Shown here one piece after another: positions 34,401 to 47,024 of a stretch of DNA of 64,000 nucleotides. The notes beneath the pieces were generated by a model that saw only the letters and a program-made list of their open reading frames with translations, was not told the DNA's origin and searched no databases. The DNA is from Dictyostelium discoideum (taxonomy: Eukaryota). The stretch covers positions 2,368,001-2,432,000 of the forward strand of contig CM000153.2 in NCBI GenBank assembly GCA_000004695.1. Reading direction: 5' to 3'. Each line of letters starts with the position of its first letter. The stretch's first letter is position 1. A program made the translations under genes and the position numbers.

Positions 34401-37380
34401 TTGTTTTGCAACTTCAACATCACAAACCAAGAAATGACTACCAGCTGGTAAAAGTTGAGATGATTTTGAAGAAGTTGTTTTTAAAGCGAATAATACATTG
34501 GCAACTAAACAAGATGGTAAATTTTTATCATATAATTTTTTGAGGGCAGACATTGAATCATTTGAGACACAAACGATACCTTCTTCTAATTGATGACCAT
34601 AATATCTTTCACCTTTTAAGACGAATAAAGCTGTGCAACCTGCTTCAATCTTTGTAAATGTAATTGGAGAACCATTTATGAAATCCATTAATTTAATGTT
34701 CTCTCTTGAGCTGGTGGTTAAATCCTCTTCTAAAGCAGAAGCACGACGACCAGCTTCCAACAATTCCTCTTCGGTACCCATCCAACCAGATATTTTCTCT
34801 TGGAAACTTTCTTCCAAAAGGTGGATTAATTCTTTATTCTTTTCAGTTTGATTCTTACTATGATTTCTTTCAATTTGTTGAACTAATGCTTGGATTCTAT
34901 TTACAGAGATGTCACTTGGAGTTATACAAGTTAAATCTAAATCACCACTATTAAGGGTTTTAAGTGCTTTACCACCAGATCTATATTTTTCAAATCTATC
35001 CAAAATTAAAGCTGATGGTGTTTTCTTTTGACCAATACCTTTTTCAATTGATATGTTATCTGACGATGAAGTGGTAGTTGTAGTGGTTGTTGTAGTAGTG
35101 TCGTGAATATTAATCTTTGAGAAATCTTTAGTTGTTATTTCCATATTATTATTATTATTATTATTATTATTTGAGCCAGCAACACTTGCAATTGATTTTT
35201 CAATAGCCATATCAATTTCAAGATCGAAATCACTCTTAACTTTTGTAACAATGGCAGTGGTAGTATTGGTGGTTGAAGATGATACTAATGATTTCATTAA
35301 TTCTTCTTCTTCTTGTTTATTTAGCTCTACTTTGGTGGTTTCATCGGAATCTTCTAGATCAGATTCACTATCACTATCATCTAAATCTACTTTATTATAT
35401 TGAGCCAATAATTCAATATAAGTGAAACCATGATTATTTACAACACTAATGTCACAATTACTTTCGATTAAGTAGGTGACAATATCGGTATTATTGGTAA
35501 CGATTGCTTTGAAGATTGGTGTTTCACCATCACCATCGACGGCATTAATATTTGAACCAGCTTCAACCAATTTAACAAAGATATTGTAACGACCTAAAGC
35601 GGCAGCCCAATGTAATGGAGTCATACCAGTGTGATCCTTGATATCCAAAAGTCCATCACCCATGAATAAAAAGTGTTCAATGAAAATGGAAACGATACGA
35701 CAATTGTTATCTTGAACAGCATAATGGAAAGCGGTTAAACCACGGTTATCTTTACATTCAACCAATACGTCATATTGTTGACAAATGAATTTGACCAATC
35801 TATAATGACCACGTTCGGTGGCAATATGTAAACCGGTGGCACCAACATTATCGGCATTTAAAAGATCAAGATCACTACCGGATGCTTCGATCACTTGAGT
35901 GACCAATTCAATTGAACCTGAATAACAAGCCATATGGAAAACTGAGTGACTACTTCTATTCTTTATGGTTAAATCAGCACCCATTTCAATCAATTTCTCG
36001 ACCATATCAGTACGACCTTCCTTGGCAGCAATCATAATTAAAGTATTACCTTGTAAGTCTCTAATGGAATTGACGAAACCATCCTTTTCATCACCACTTA
36101 ATAAATCTTCTAATTCTTCAACTTCGCCATGGATTACACAATTCATATAGTTGAAATAACTTGGTGAAGAGTTCATATTGTTATTATTATTACCACTATT
36201 ACCACTGCTACCAGTGATGAAATAAGTTTGACTGTTACCACCAGCACCACCAACAGCACCATTAATGTACATACTATTTGAATAATCTTCACTTGATGGT
36301 GATGAAGGATTTCTATCGCCACCAAAATCAATTTGTTGACCACGTTGACGTTTTGGATTACCATCTTCTGGTAATTCATTATAGGTGAATGGATGTGGTT
36401 TACCGATTTTAGATTTATTTTTGACAGACTTTTCCTTATCTTTTTTGATGGTGTTTTTAGTGTAACGGGTGGTGACATTGTATGAACCAGGTGTTGAACG
36501 ATTTGGTGGAACAAAAGCAAAAGAGAAAGAGGTTTGATTTGGCATACGAAGTTGTTCTTGCTTTACAGAGTATGGTTGATGATCGGGAGATGGTTCCAAT
36601 GGATCGAGATCTACATAGAGAATTTCAGTACGACCTTTCTTAAAGTAGTAACCATAACAAGTTACCTCTGGCTCTTGACCACAATAACAAGAGTTTGGAA
36701 CTAAACGAGCTATATCTGGTGCTGGTAAGAGATCGGTATGGTAAAAGAGATTGATTGGTTGCGAAACAACTTCATTGAAACGTTCAAAAGTTCTCTTGTT
36801 GATTAAAGAGAATTTCAAACGGAATGAACTACATGGGTCATGTTTCTTACGATCGACGTGCATATCGGTGAATTTAAATTCAAATGTACCATCGATACAA
36901 GTAACGGCTGGTTGTGAAATAATGATTGAATCATCTGGCTCTGGATTTGCAACTACCATTAAATCATTGGCATCCCCTTTATAGTTGGCAACTTTGACAA
37001 CTGGTGCTGGAACGAGTACATGAGTTTTGACAGTATAAATTGGGAATGGTTGATTGTAACTATCTACAATTTCAACTTTTGGTCCATAGCTATTAATATT
37101 TACAGGTATATTATTAAAAATTTGTGGATTATTATTAATATTATTATTATTATTATTATTATTATTTCTTTGATTATTAGTTTGAATTTGTTGATTATTA
37201 TTTTGTTGTGGTCTTTGTGGTGATTGAATTAAACCATTATTAAATTGCATTGGTGATGATGCATAATCATTATTTGGTGTTGATGGTTCTGAATATTGGT
37301 TTTGAATTGCTGGCAGTATTAAATTATTACCAGTACTATTCATATTTATATTATTACTATTATTCATATTTATATTGTTA

Positions 37381-37444
<64 letters not shown>

Positions 37445-37689
37445 TATTATTATTACTATTATTATTACTATTATTATTCATATTATTGTTGTTGTTATTA
37501 TTATTATTATTATTATTATTGTTGTTGTTGTTGTTCATATATTGTTGTGTCATTTGTTGCTGCATAAATTGATTTTGGTATACTGATTGAGACGAGTTTG
37601 ATAAATCATTGAAATTATTGTTGTTATTATTATTATTATTACTATTAGTGTTGTTGTTGTTGTTATTACTATTATTATTGTTGATGTTG

Positions 37690-37733
<44 letters not shown>

Positions 37734-38247
37734 GTGATTGTTATTGTTGTTATTGTTATTATTATTATTTCCAAATGATGGTGATCTTATTGGAATTGAG
37801 CCCATTGAATTTATATTGTTGTTGTTGTTGTTATTATTATTATTGTGGTGGTGGTTGTTGTTGTTGTTGTTGTTGTTGCTATTATTATTATTATTATTAT
37901 TATTACTATTGTGGTGATGATGATTATTGTTGTGATTGTGGTTGTTGTTGTTATTATTATTATTGTTGTTGTTGTTGTTGTTGTTATTATTGTTGTTATT
38001 ATTATTACCACCATTATTACCATTATCTTGTTGTGGTGAATGTGGAACTGGCGAATAAACAATAGTATTTGGTTGTGACAATGGTGAGTGTGGTACCATC
38101 GATGTATGTTCATTATTGTTGGAGGTTGGTGCATTTTTAAAGACCAAATTGCCCAAAGCTATTTGTTGGTGAATGTATGACAAAAAGAATGGATCATTTA
38201 AATCTACAGATTGAGGATTGGTATTATTGTTGTTATTATTATTATTG

Positions 38248-38279
<32 letters not shown>

Positions 38280-38515
38280 GTTATTATTATTATTATAGTA
38301 ACCCATATTATTGTTATTACTGTAACTATTGTTGTTGTTATTATTATTATTATTACTATTATTATTATTATTATAGCAATTATTAGTATTATTATTATTA
38401 TTATTATTACTGTTATTGTCAAAAAAGATCTCGTCTGATCCATTAGACACATAACCATTCACAGAATCCTTGGTCATCATATTTCCATCGTCATTATTAT
38501 TGTTGTTGTTATTAA

Positions 38516-38547
<32 letters not shown>

Positions 38548-38579
38548 GAATATTGGTTGTTATTGTATGATTGATCCAT
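34392..38579 (-). CDS. Very large (1395 aa) poly-N/poly-H-rich protein with a central beta-rich domain and a C-terminal block of ankyrin repeats; single long exon
   Basis: ANK repeats GNTLIMIAAKEGRTDMVEKLIEMGADL..., TGLHIATERGHYRLVKFIC, TAFHYAVQDNNCRIVSIFI, TPLHWAAALGRYNIFVKLVEAGSNINAVDGDGETPIFKAIV. Upstream conserved region PFPIYTVKTHVLVPAPVVKVANYKGD...CYGYYFKKGRTEILYVDLDP of unknown family. Extreme homopolymeric N, H and T runs. Confidence 0.7.
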
Positions 38580-38619
38580 TGTTTATTTTATGTGTGTGAA
38601 AAAAAAAAAAATCTTTTTT

Positions 38620-38650
<31 letters not shown>

Positions 38651-38664
38651 GGACAAGCGGAAAA

Positions 38665-38698
<34 letters not shown>

Positions 38699-38869
38699 TA
38701 TTATTGTTATTATTATTATTAATTTTTTAAATTTATAAAAATTATTAATTAATGCTGTTTTGAACAAAAAAAAACAATAATATATAAACGGTTAATCGAA
38801 TGGATAAAAAAAAAAAATTTATAAAAAAAAAAAGGAAGGAAAAAAAAAAATTATGAAAGTGAGTGAAAA

Positions 38870-38900
<31 letters not shown>

Positions 38901-39435
38901 AATTGAAAAAAATAAAATTTTTTTTCTGCGTTTTGCAAGACAAGGGGTGGTTGAAAGAAAAAAAATAAATAAAAATAATAAAATAAAAAAATTTATTATT
39001 TGTTTAATTATTAAAGTATTTATTTATAAAAAATGCTTTTTGAATTATTATATTATATTGTTATTATTATTTAAATAATTTTTTTTATTGTATGTGTATT
39101 TTTTAATAATATTGTATATTGATAATAAAAAAAAAAAAAAAAAATTGAAAAAAAAGTTGAAAAAAATAAAAAAAAATAAAAAAAAATTGGAAAATTTTGT
39201 CTTAAAGACTGAGGAAAACCTTTCTTCCTTGGGAGACTTCTTTGTACACACAATTTTTTTTAGTAAACAAAGTCAAAGGATATTATATGAATAATATTTT
39301 ATTACCTCAAGGAAATTTTTGATAAACAAAGTCAAATGATATTATGTGAATAATAATTTTTTATTATTATCTTCCATTGTTTTTTTTTTTTAAAAAAAAA
39401 AAAAAAAATAGTAATAAATTGAAATAAATTCAATT

Positions 39436-39478
<43 letters not shown>

Positions 39479-40032
39479 AACAAGTTAATTAATTTGTATG
39501 TTTTTATTATTAAATACACCATTAATTAATTTTATTACTATTATTATTTTTAATCTTTTTTTTTTTTAAAATAATATCTTTTTTTTTTTTCCTTTTTTTT
39601 TTATTTTTTTTTTAAAATTTTTGGTATAAAAATGTGTGGTGTTGAGAAAAAATATCTCTCAAATGAAAGACAGTGCGATAGTCTAAAATTTTCAAAAAAG
39701 AGAATTCTTTGTGTTTGAGCCAGGGGCTTCATATTTATGTGAAAATTTTAATTGCTCAAAGTCTAAAAAAAATAAAAAAAAATAAATAAAAATTTAAAAT
39801 AAATTGAAACAAATATAACCAATGATAACAAATAGAATTTTTTTTTTTTTTTTATTCCCCAACCAAACATTTTTATTGTTTTTTTTTTTTTTTTTTGTTT
39901 TTTTTATGTTTTTTGTTTTTTTTTGGTTAATCTTAAAGTTAAATAATAAAAGATTTTGTTTGGTTATATTTATCTTTTTTTTTTTTTATTTTTTTTCTCA
40001 AAAAACTTTTTCCTTTACAACTTTTATCTTTT

Positions 40033-40145
40033 GTCATTTAATTTTTTTTTTTTTTTTAAAATATCCGGCAACACCACCTGATGTTTTGTCATTTAATTTT
40101 TTTTTTTTTAAAATATCTTCGGCAACATCACCTGATGTTTTGAAA
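40033..40145 (+). repeat. Tandem duplication of a roughly 57-bp unit GTCATTTAATTTTTTTTTTTTTTAAAATATC(C/TT)CGGCAACA(C/T)CACCTGATGTTTTG
   Basis: Two adjacent near-identical copies read directly. Each contains a GC-richer CGGCAACAYCACCTGATG core. Confidence 0.7.
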
Positions 40146-40462
40146 AAAAAAAAATAAAAAAAAAAATTTAATAAAAAAATAAAATAAAAAAAAAATTTAA
40201 TAAAAAAATAAAATAAAAAAAAAATTTAAAAAAAAAAATCTTGAAATAGTTTGGGTTATTTTCATTTTTTTTTCTTTTTTCTCTTTTCTTATTTTTTTTT
40301 GTTCACAAATCTTTTTTGTTTTTAGTAATAATTTGTCAGAGATCACATAAGTTTAGAACTTTATTATCAACCAACGAGTTAGTTTAAAATTATATTAAAA
40401 TAAAAATAAAAAATTCCAAAAAAAAAAAAAAAAAAAAAAAGGCCCAAAACCAGAATGTTTCA

Positions 40463-40534
<72 letters not shown>

Positions 40535-40565
40535 ATTATTTGATTATAATTTAATCAGTCTTTTC

Positions 40566-40601
<36 letters not shown>

Positions 40602-41122
40602 AACCTTATGAATAAATATAGTGTTGAGGTTTATAAAATGAAAGGCCCTTTAAGATTGTTAAAAAATTAGCAAAAATAGAAAGTTCTTTGTGTCAGCCAT
40701 ATAGGTCCAGGATTATGTTAATCTATTATTACCCATTCATTTTATTTTTTATATTTTTTTATTTTTTTATTTTTTTTTTAAAAAACTTTTTCCTTTGCAA
40801 TCTAAGATTTTTTTTTTTTTAAAAAAGTATCTCAGTTCAATGTGATCTTAAAATAGAAAAATGTTTGTAAAATTTTTTTTTTTTTTCTATAATGTTATTC
40901 GTAATATTAACCTTTTATTTAGTTTTTTTTTTTTATATTTTTATATTTTTAAAAATATTTTCTAAAATAATATGTAAGAGTGTGGTTGAAAAAAAAAAAA
41001 AGGCTTTTTATTGAGATATTTTAATTTGGTGGTTTATTAAGTAATTAAAAATTATAAAATGATTTGGGATATTAATATTTTTAAATTTTAGAAATTTATT
41101 AAATGGCTTCTTTTAAATTCTG

Positions 41123-41165
<43 letters not shown>

Positions 41166-41368
41166 ATAAAAAGCAAAATTTAGGTGCCTTTTAAACTTTT
41201 AGTATTTATTAGATTATCTTTTTTGATAGTTACTCATATATTTTAAATTATTAAATACTCAAAGCCAATAAATAATTTAATCAAAAAGGGAAATAAATTT
41301 TATGGATTTTATCACATTCTTAAATGATTTTTTTTTTTAATTATTTGATTGAGAAATAATAAAAACAA

Positions 41369-41413
<45 letters not shown>

Positions 41414-41763
41414 TAAAAAAATATATTGTTATATTATATTTAAATGAAATTTCGTTTTTCTCAGTTTGATTTTTTAAACAGTTAAAATTTAAAAATGATC
41501 AATTGGAATGCAAAAATCCTTTTTTTTTTTTTTTTTTTTTTTAAAAAAAATAATATTTACTGTATAACATTATTATTATTTATAAAAACTGTTCTTTGAT
41601 ATATGTTGTTTCTAATAACATTTGATTTAAATTTGAATTTTTTTTTTTATGATATATCTTAAAATTTTATTTGTTGGCATTTTGGTTTCCTACATTATAT
41701 AAATAAATTAATTTGAAAAATCTTGTTGGTCAAAGTGGAAAATTAACACCTTTTTTTAAAATT

Positions 41764-43508
41764 TTATAATTTTAGATTATTAAAATCTTTAAGATTTTTA
41801 CGTAATAGTTTACCAGTTGCAGATTTAGGAATTGCAGGTATGAAAAAGATACCACCTCTGAAATGTTTATAATTTGCAATTTTTGGGTGAGCCCAATCCA
41901 AGAGTTCTTTTTCAGTAAGAGATTCATTTTGTTTAATAACAACGAAACCTCTTGGTACTTCACCCATATCACCTTTTGAAAGACCTACTACACAGGCATC
42001 TGCAACTTTTGGATGAGATAATAGTAATGCTTCTAATTCAGCAGGTGGTACTTGGAAACCTTTACATTTGATCAATTCCTTTGATCTATCGATGATAAAG
42101 AAATAACCATCTTCATCAACATAACCAATATCACCAGTTTTTAAGAATCCATCTTTATCTATGACTTCATTGGTTGCCTTTTCATTGTTATAATAACCCA
42201 ACATAACATTTGGACCTTTAATACAGATTTCACCCTTTTCACCCATACCTAAATTCTCACCAGTCTCTGAAGAGATGATTTTAGCTAATAGATTGGGTAA
42301 GAGGGTACCAGAGGAACCCGATTTAACTAATCCATTTGGGGTTACAAAACAACATGGACTAAGTTCGGTAGCACCATAACCTTGTTTAATTACAAGTCTG
42401 CCTTTGAATCTTTCTTTAATTAAATCTTCAATCTCTGAACCTAATGGAGCAGCACCACAAAATAGTGTACGTAAACTTGAGAGATCAAATTTATCGACGA
42501 TTGGTGATTTTGCAAACATGATAGCAATCGGTGGAACAATGAATGACATTGCAACCTTATACTTTTTAATTAATTCCAAGAATCTAACTGGTTCGAATTT
42601 TGGTAAGGTAACAATTCGATAACCTTGTTTCACCATCAACATTATGTGTAACATTAAACCAAAGGAATGAAAGAATGGTAAGACACCAATAACGCTATCA
42701 TTCTTTTTATAGGTTGATGTTTCAATGGTTTGAGTTTGATATGTATTTGAGACTAGATTATAGTGACTTAAACAAACACCTTTAAATAATCCAGTTGTGC
42801 CACTTGAAAATGGAATAATAGCTGTATCTTTCGTTAGATCAATTCTAACGATTGGGTAATCTTTACCATTATTATTAGTTAATTGATTAAACGACATTAC
42901 AATTCCATCACTAGATAAAGTTAATTGATCAATTTCTTTTAAAGTTTGACCTGCAATATCGACTAAAATCACTTTTTCAACACTTGGAAAAACTCTTTTT
43001 AAATCATTTTTAATCTTTTCATATACTGCTAATGTTACTGCTAAATATCTTGGTGAAACTGTTGCTAATGTATGTGATAACTCTTCAATTGTATAGTCTG
43101 GATTAACTAATGATGTAATGCCTCCCATCAATAATGTACCATGAAATATTGGTACATATTCTGGTAAATTTGGTAGAATTACTCCAAGTACATCACCTTT
43201 TTTAATATTTAATTTATTTAAACCACATGCAACCTAATTAAAAAATAATAAAAATAAAAATAAAAAAAAAAATTTTTAAAACTTGTTTGGAAATAGAAAA
43301 AAAAAAAAAAAAATTTATTTACCTTTTCAATTGTATCAGCGACAAAATGTGAAGAATATTCTTTAAAAGTTAAACCATCAACTAATAAAACTTGATCAGG
43401 TTTATATCTTATATGTTTTAAAATTAAATGTGGTATTGGTTTCTCTGGTATTATAATATTTGGGTATTTTGATGTGAAATAAGTTTGTCCATTAATTATT
43501 CTAATCAT
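41764..43508 (-). CDS. 4-coumarate-CoA ligase-like acyl-activating enzyme (ANL/AMP-binding superfamily), tandem copy A; 2 exons approx 43323..43508 and 41764..43233
   Basis: Exon 1 MIRIINGQTYFTSKYPNIIIPEKPIPHLILKHIRYKPDQVLLVDGLTFKEYSSHFVADTIEK ends at an AAG|GTAAAT donor. An AATTAG acceptor joins VACGLNKLNIKKGDVLGVILPNLPEYVPIFHGTLLMGGITS. Box I FSSGTTGLFKGV, box II GEICIKGPNVMLGYYNN, QGYGATELSP. Total length about 552 aa, as for D. discoideum 4cl1-3. Confidence 0.85.
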
Positions 43509-43613
43509 CCTTAAATTTTTAATTTTTTTTTTTAAAATGGTATTGTGTTTATGCTATGGGTTATTATTTAAAAAATTTTCTGTTGGTATTAATATATTAC
43601 ATTTAAATAAAGG

Positions 43614-43652
<39 letters not shown>

Positions 43653-44191
43653 AACAGTTTTATTAATTGTTTGTTTTACTATTATTAATAGTAAATTTTT
43701 TTTTTTTTTTTTATATTTTTTATAGTATAAAAATGTGGTGTTTAGAAAAAATATCTCAAACTGGAGATTTTTCAAAAATAAAAATACTAACAAATATTTT
43801 TCTCTTGCCAAACATTTTTTATTTGTTTATTATTTTTTATTATTACTATAATTAATATTATGATTATTAAAAACTTATTAATATTAAACAATTTAATTCA
43901 TTACATATCAAAAATTAAAAAATTGCAATCGATAATAAAAAAAAAATCTTGGTCCATAATATTTTCTTTTTTTTTTTTGAAAATGTTTTTTTATTTTATT
44001 TTCTATTTTTTATTATATTTTTTTTTCCTCCCTACTGTTTTTTTATTTGTAATAAGTAAAAAAAAAAAAACACGGTAAAACCGAATCTCGAGAATATCTT
44101 TTAAAATTTTCTTAATGACAAGACCTAATTTTTTTTTTTTTATTTTTAAAACTTGTTTGGAAATAGAAAAAAAAAAAAAAAAATTTATTTA

Positions 44192-44378
44192 CCTTTTCAA
44201 TTGTATCAGCGACAAAATGAGAAGAATATTCTTTAAAAGTTAAACCATCAACTAATAAAACTTGATCAGGTTTAGATCTAATATGTTTTAAAATTAATTG
44301 AGGTATTAGTTTCTCTGGTATTATAATATTTGGGTATTTTGATGCGAAATAAGTTTGTCCATTAATTATTCTAATCAT
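44192..44378 (-). pseudogene. Orphan duplicate of 4CL-like exon 1 plus the intron start, with no downstream exon 2 (duplication relic)
   Basis: MIRIINGQTYFASKYPNIIIPEKLIPQLILKHIRSKPDQVLLVDGLTFKEYSSHFVADTIEK is followed by GTAAAT. The homologous intron runs to the acceptor region ...ACCTAATT (about 44124), then similarity to exon 2 stops. Confidence 0.7.
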
Positions 44379-44842
44379 CCTAGAAATTTTTTTTTTTTTT
44401 TTTTAATAAACAATGGCGAAACTTAAATTAGGAGAATTTTGGAAAACAAAGAAATAATAAAAAAAAAGTTAAAAATAATAATTATTTATTTTTTAAAAAA
44501 TGGTATGGTGTTTAAAAAAAAAAGTTAAAAATAATAATTATTTATTTTTTGCCTCGTAAAAAAAAAAAATAATAAAGTATATTAATTTGTTTGTTTTAAT
44601 TAATTTTATGTTACGCCACATTAATTAATTTTATTTAGTATTTGGCTTTTATCGATAAAAGGTGTTTTTTTTTGTATACCTTTCTTCATTTATCCTAATC
44701 TTTTTAAATAATAAATTGAAAAAAAATCAATAAAATGTGAATAATAAAAATTTAGGTGCCGAAAAAAAGGTGTTTTGGATTTGTATGGGGTGGAAGAAAA
44801 TAAAAAAATATAAGTAAAAAAAAAAAAAGAGGAGTCAAACCC

Positions 44843-44864
44843 CACAAACGCCCCATAAAATTAC
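44843..44864 (+). promoter_or_regulatory. Tandem pair of DUSE-like motifs (ACCCCACAAA + GCCCCATAAAA) matching the Dictyostelium upstream sequence element consensus [AT]CCCA[CT]AA of ncRNA genes
   Basis: Read directly in aaccccacaaacgccccataaaa. Embedded in a locally GC-richer patch between the orphan 4CL exon and 4CL copy B. Confidence 0.3.
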
Positions 44865-45036
44865 TTTTCACAAATAAAAAATTAAAAAAAAATAAAAAAA
44901 TACAAAAAAAAAGTGGTGTTGTCATAAATAGTAAATCACGCAAGATATTTTAGACTAGTAAAAAACAGTGCTATTTGAATTCAAACCGACATTAAAAAAT
45001 AATTTTATCTTTTTTTTTTTTTTTTAATTTAAAAAA

Positions 45037-45098
45037 ACAGATGGTCTGTTTTTTTTTTTTTTTTTTTTTTTTTCTCCCCATCTGTTTTTTTAAATTAA
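45037..45098. terminator. Perfect 9-bp inverted repeat AACAGATGG ... CCATCTGTT enclosing a 35-nt T/C loop (hairpin), about 200 bp downstream of the 4CL copy B stop codon
   Basis: Read directly. Function (3'-end processing signal, replication-slippage relic or protein-binding palindrome) is unknown. Confidence 0.25.
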
Positions 45099-45290
45099 AA
45101 GACCAGGAGAAAAAAAAATAAAAAAACAAAAAATATCAAAGAATTTTATTCAGTATTATTTAGAAAAAAGAAAATATTAATAATTTATACTAATAAAATA
45201 TATTTTTTTATATAGAATCAATCCAAAACATTAGTTTAGCAACTTGTTGTAAATTTTAAATTTTTATTTTTTATTATAATTTTATTTATT

Positions 45291-47024
45291 TTATAATTTC
45301 GGAGGATTAATATCTTTAAGATTTTTACGTAATAGTTTACCAGTTGCAGATTTAGGAATTGCAGGTATGAAAAAGATACCACCTCTGAAATGTTTATAAT
45401 TTGCAATTTTTGGATGAGCCCAATCCAAGAGTTCTTTTTCGGTTAGAGATTCATTTTGTTTAATAACAACGAAACCTCTTGGTACTTCACCCATATCACC
45501 TTTTGAAAGACCTACTACACAGGCATCTGCAACTTTTGGATGAGATAATAGTAATGCTTCTAATTCAGCAGGTGGTACTTGGAAACCTTTACATTTGATC
45601 AATTCCTTTGATCTATCGACGATAAAGTAATAACCATCTTCATCAACATAACCAATATCACCAGTTTTAAAGAATCCATCTTTATCTATGACTTCATTGG
45701 TTGCCTTTTCATTGTTATAATAACCCAACATAACATTTGGACCTTTAATACAGATTTCACCCTTTTCACCCATACCTAAATTCTCACCAGTCTCTGGAGA
45801 GATGATTTTAACCAATTGATTGGGTAAGAGGATACCAGCGGAACCAGATTTAATTAGTCCACTTGGAATTACAAAACAGGCTGGACTAAGTTCGGTAGCA
45901 CCATAACCTTGTTTAATTATGAGTTTTCCTTTGAATCTTTCTTTAATTAAATCTTCAACCTCTCTGCTTAATGGAGCAGCGCCACTAAATAGTGTACGTA
46001 AACTTGAGAGATCAAATTTATCGACGATTGGTGATTTTGCAAACATGATAGCAATCGGTGGAACAATGAATGAAATTGCAACCTTGTACTTTTGAATTAA
46101 ATCCAAGAATCTAACGAATTCAAATTTTGGTAGGATAACAACACAATGACCTTGTTTTACCATCAAAATTAGGTATGTCATTAAGCCATAGATATGAAAA
46201 AATGGTAGTTGACCCATAACTGTATCATTCTTTTTATAGTTTGTCGTTTCAACGGTTTGAGTTTGATGTGTATTGGAAACGAGATTATGATGACTTAAAC
46301 AAACACCTTTAAATAATCCAGTTGTACCACTTGAAAATGGAATAATAGCTGTATCTTTCTTTAGGTCAATTCTAACGATTGGGTAATCTTTACCATTATT
46401 ATTAATTAGTTGATTGAATGACATTACAATTCCATCACTAGATAAAGTTAATTGACCAATTTCCTTTAAAGTTTGACCTGCAATATCTACTAAAATCACT
46501 TTTTCAACACTTGGAAAAACTCTTTTTAAATCATTTTTAATCTTTTCATAAACTGCTAATGTTACTGCTAAATATCTTGGTGAAACTGTTGCTAATGTAT
46601 GTGATAGCTCTTCAATTGTATAGTCTGGATTAACTAATGATGTAATGCCTCCCATCAATAATGTACCATGAAATATTGGTACATATTCTGGTAAATTTGG
46701 TAGAATTACTCCAAGTACATCACCTTTTTTAATATTTAATTTATTTAAACCACATGCAACCTAATTGAAAAATAATAAAAATAAAAATAAAAAATTGATA
46801 TTAGTTTTGGAAAAAAAAAAAAAAAGAAATTTATTTACCTTTTCAATTGTATCAGCGACAAAATGTGAAGAATATTCTTTAAAAGTTAAACCATCAACTA
46901 ATAAAACTTGATCAGGTTTCGATCTAATATGTTTTAAAATTAAATGTGGTATTGGTTTCTCTGGTATTATAATATTTGGGTATTTTGATGTGAAATAAAT
47001 TTGTCCTTTAATCATTCTAATCAT
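45291..47024 (-). CDS. 4-coumarate-CoA ligase-like acyl-activating enzyme, tandem copy B; 2 exons approx 46849..47024 and 45291..46760
   Basis: Same architecture and motifs as copy A. About 88-90% amino-acid identity to copies A and C by eye. Confidence 0.85.

Noticed and set aside
37020-38458. Many poly-Y, poly-C, poly-I, poly-L ORFs on both strands (for example 37250..37567, 37775..38065, 38204..38458, also 15073..15369, 59173..59436)
   Set aside because: These are frame-shifted or antisense readings of (AAT)n/(ATT)n and (CAA)n coding microsatellites inside real genes. They are not independent genes.
39822-40157. 111-aa F-rich ORF and neighbouring small ORFs (38863..39294) in the 38600..41760 desert
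   Set aside because: They consist of pure poly-T/poly-A-derived low complexity (poly-Phe / poly-Lys) with no splice signals, motifs or conserved character.
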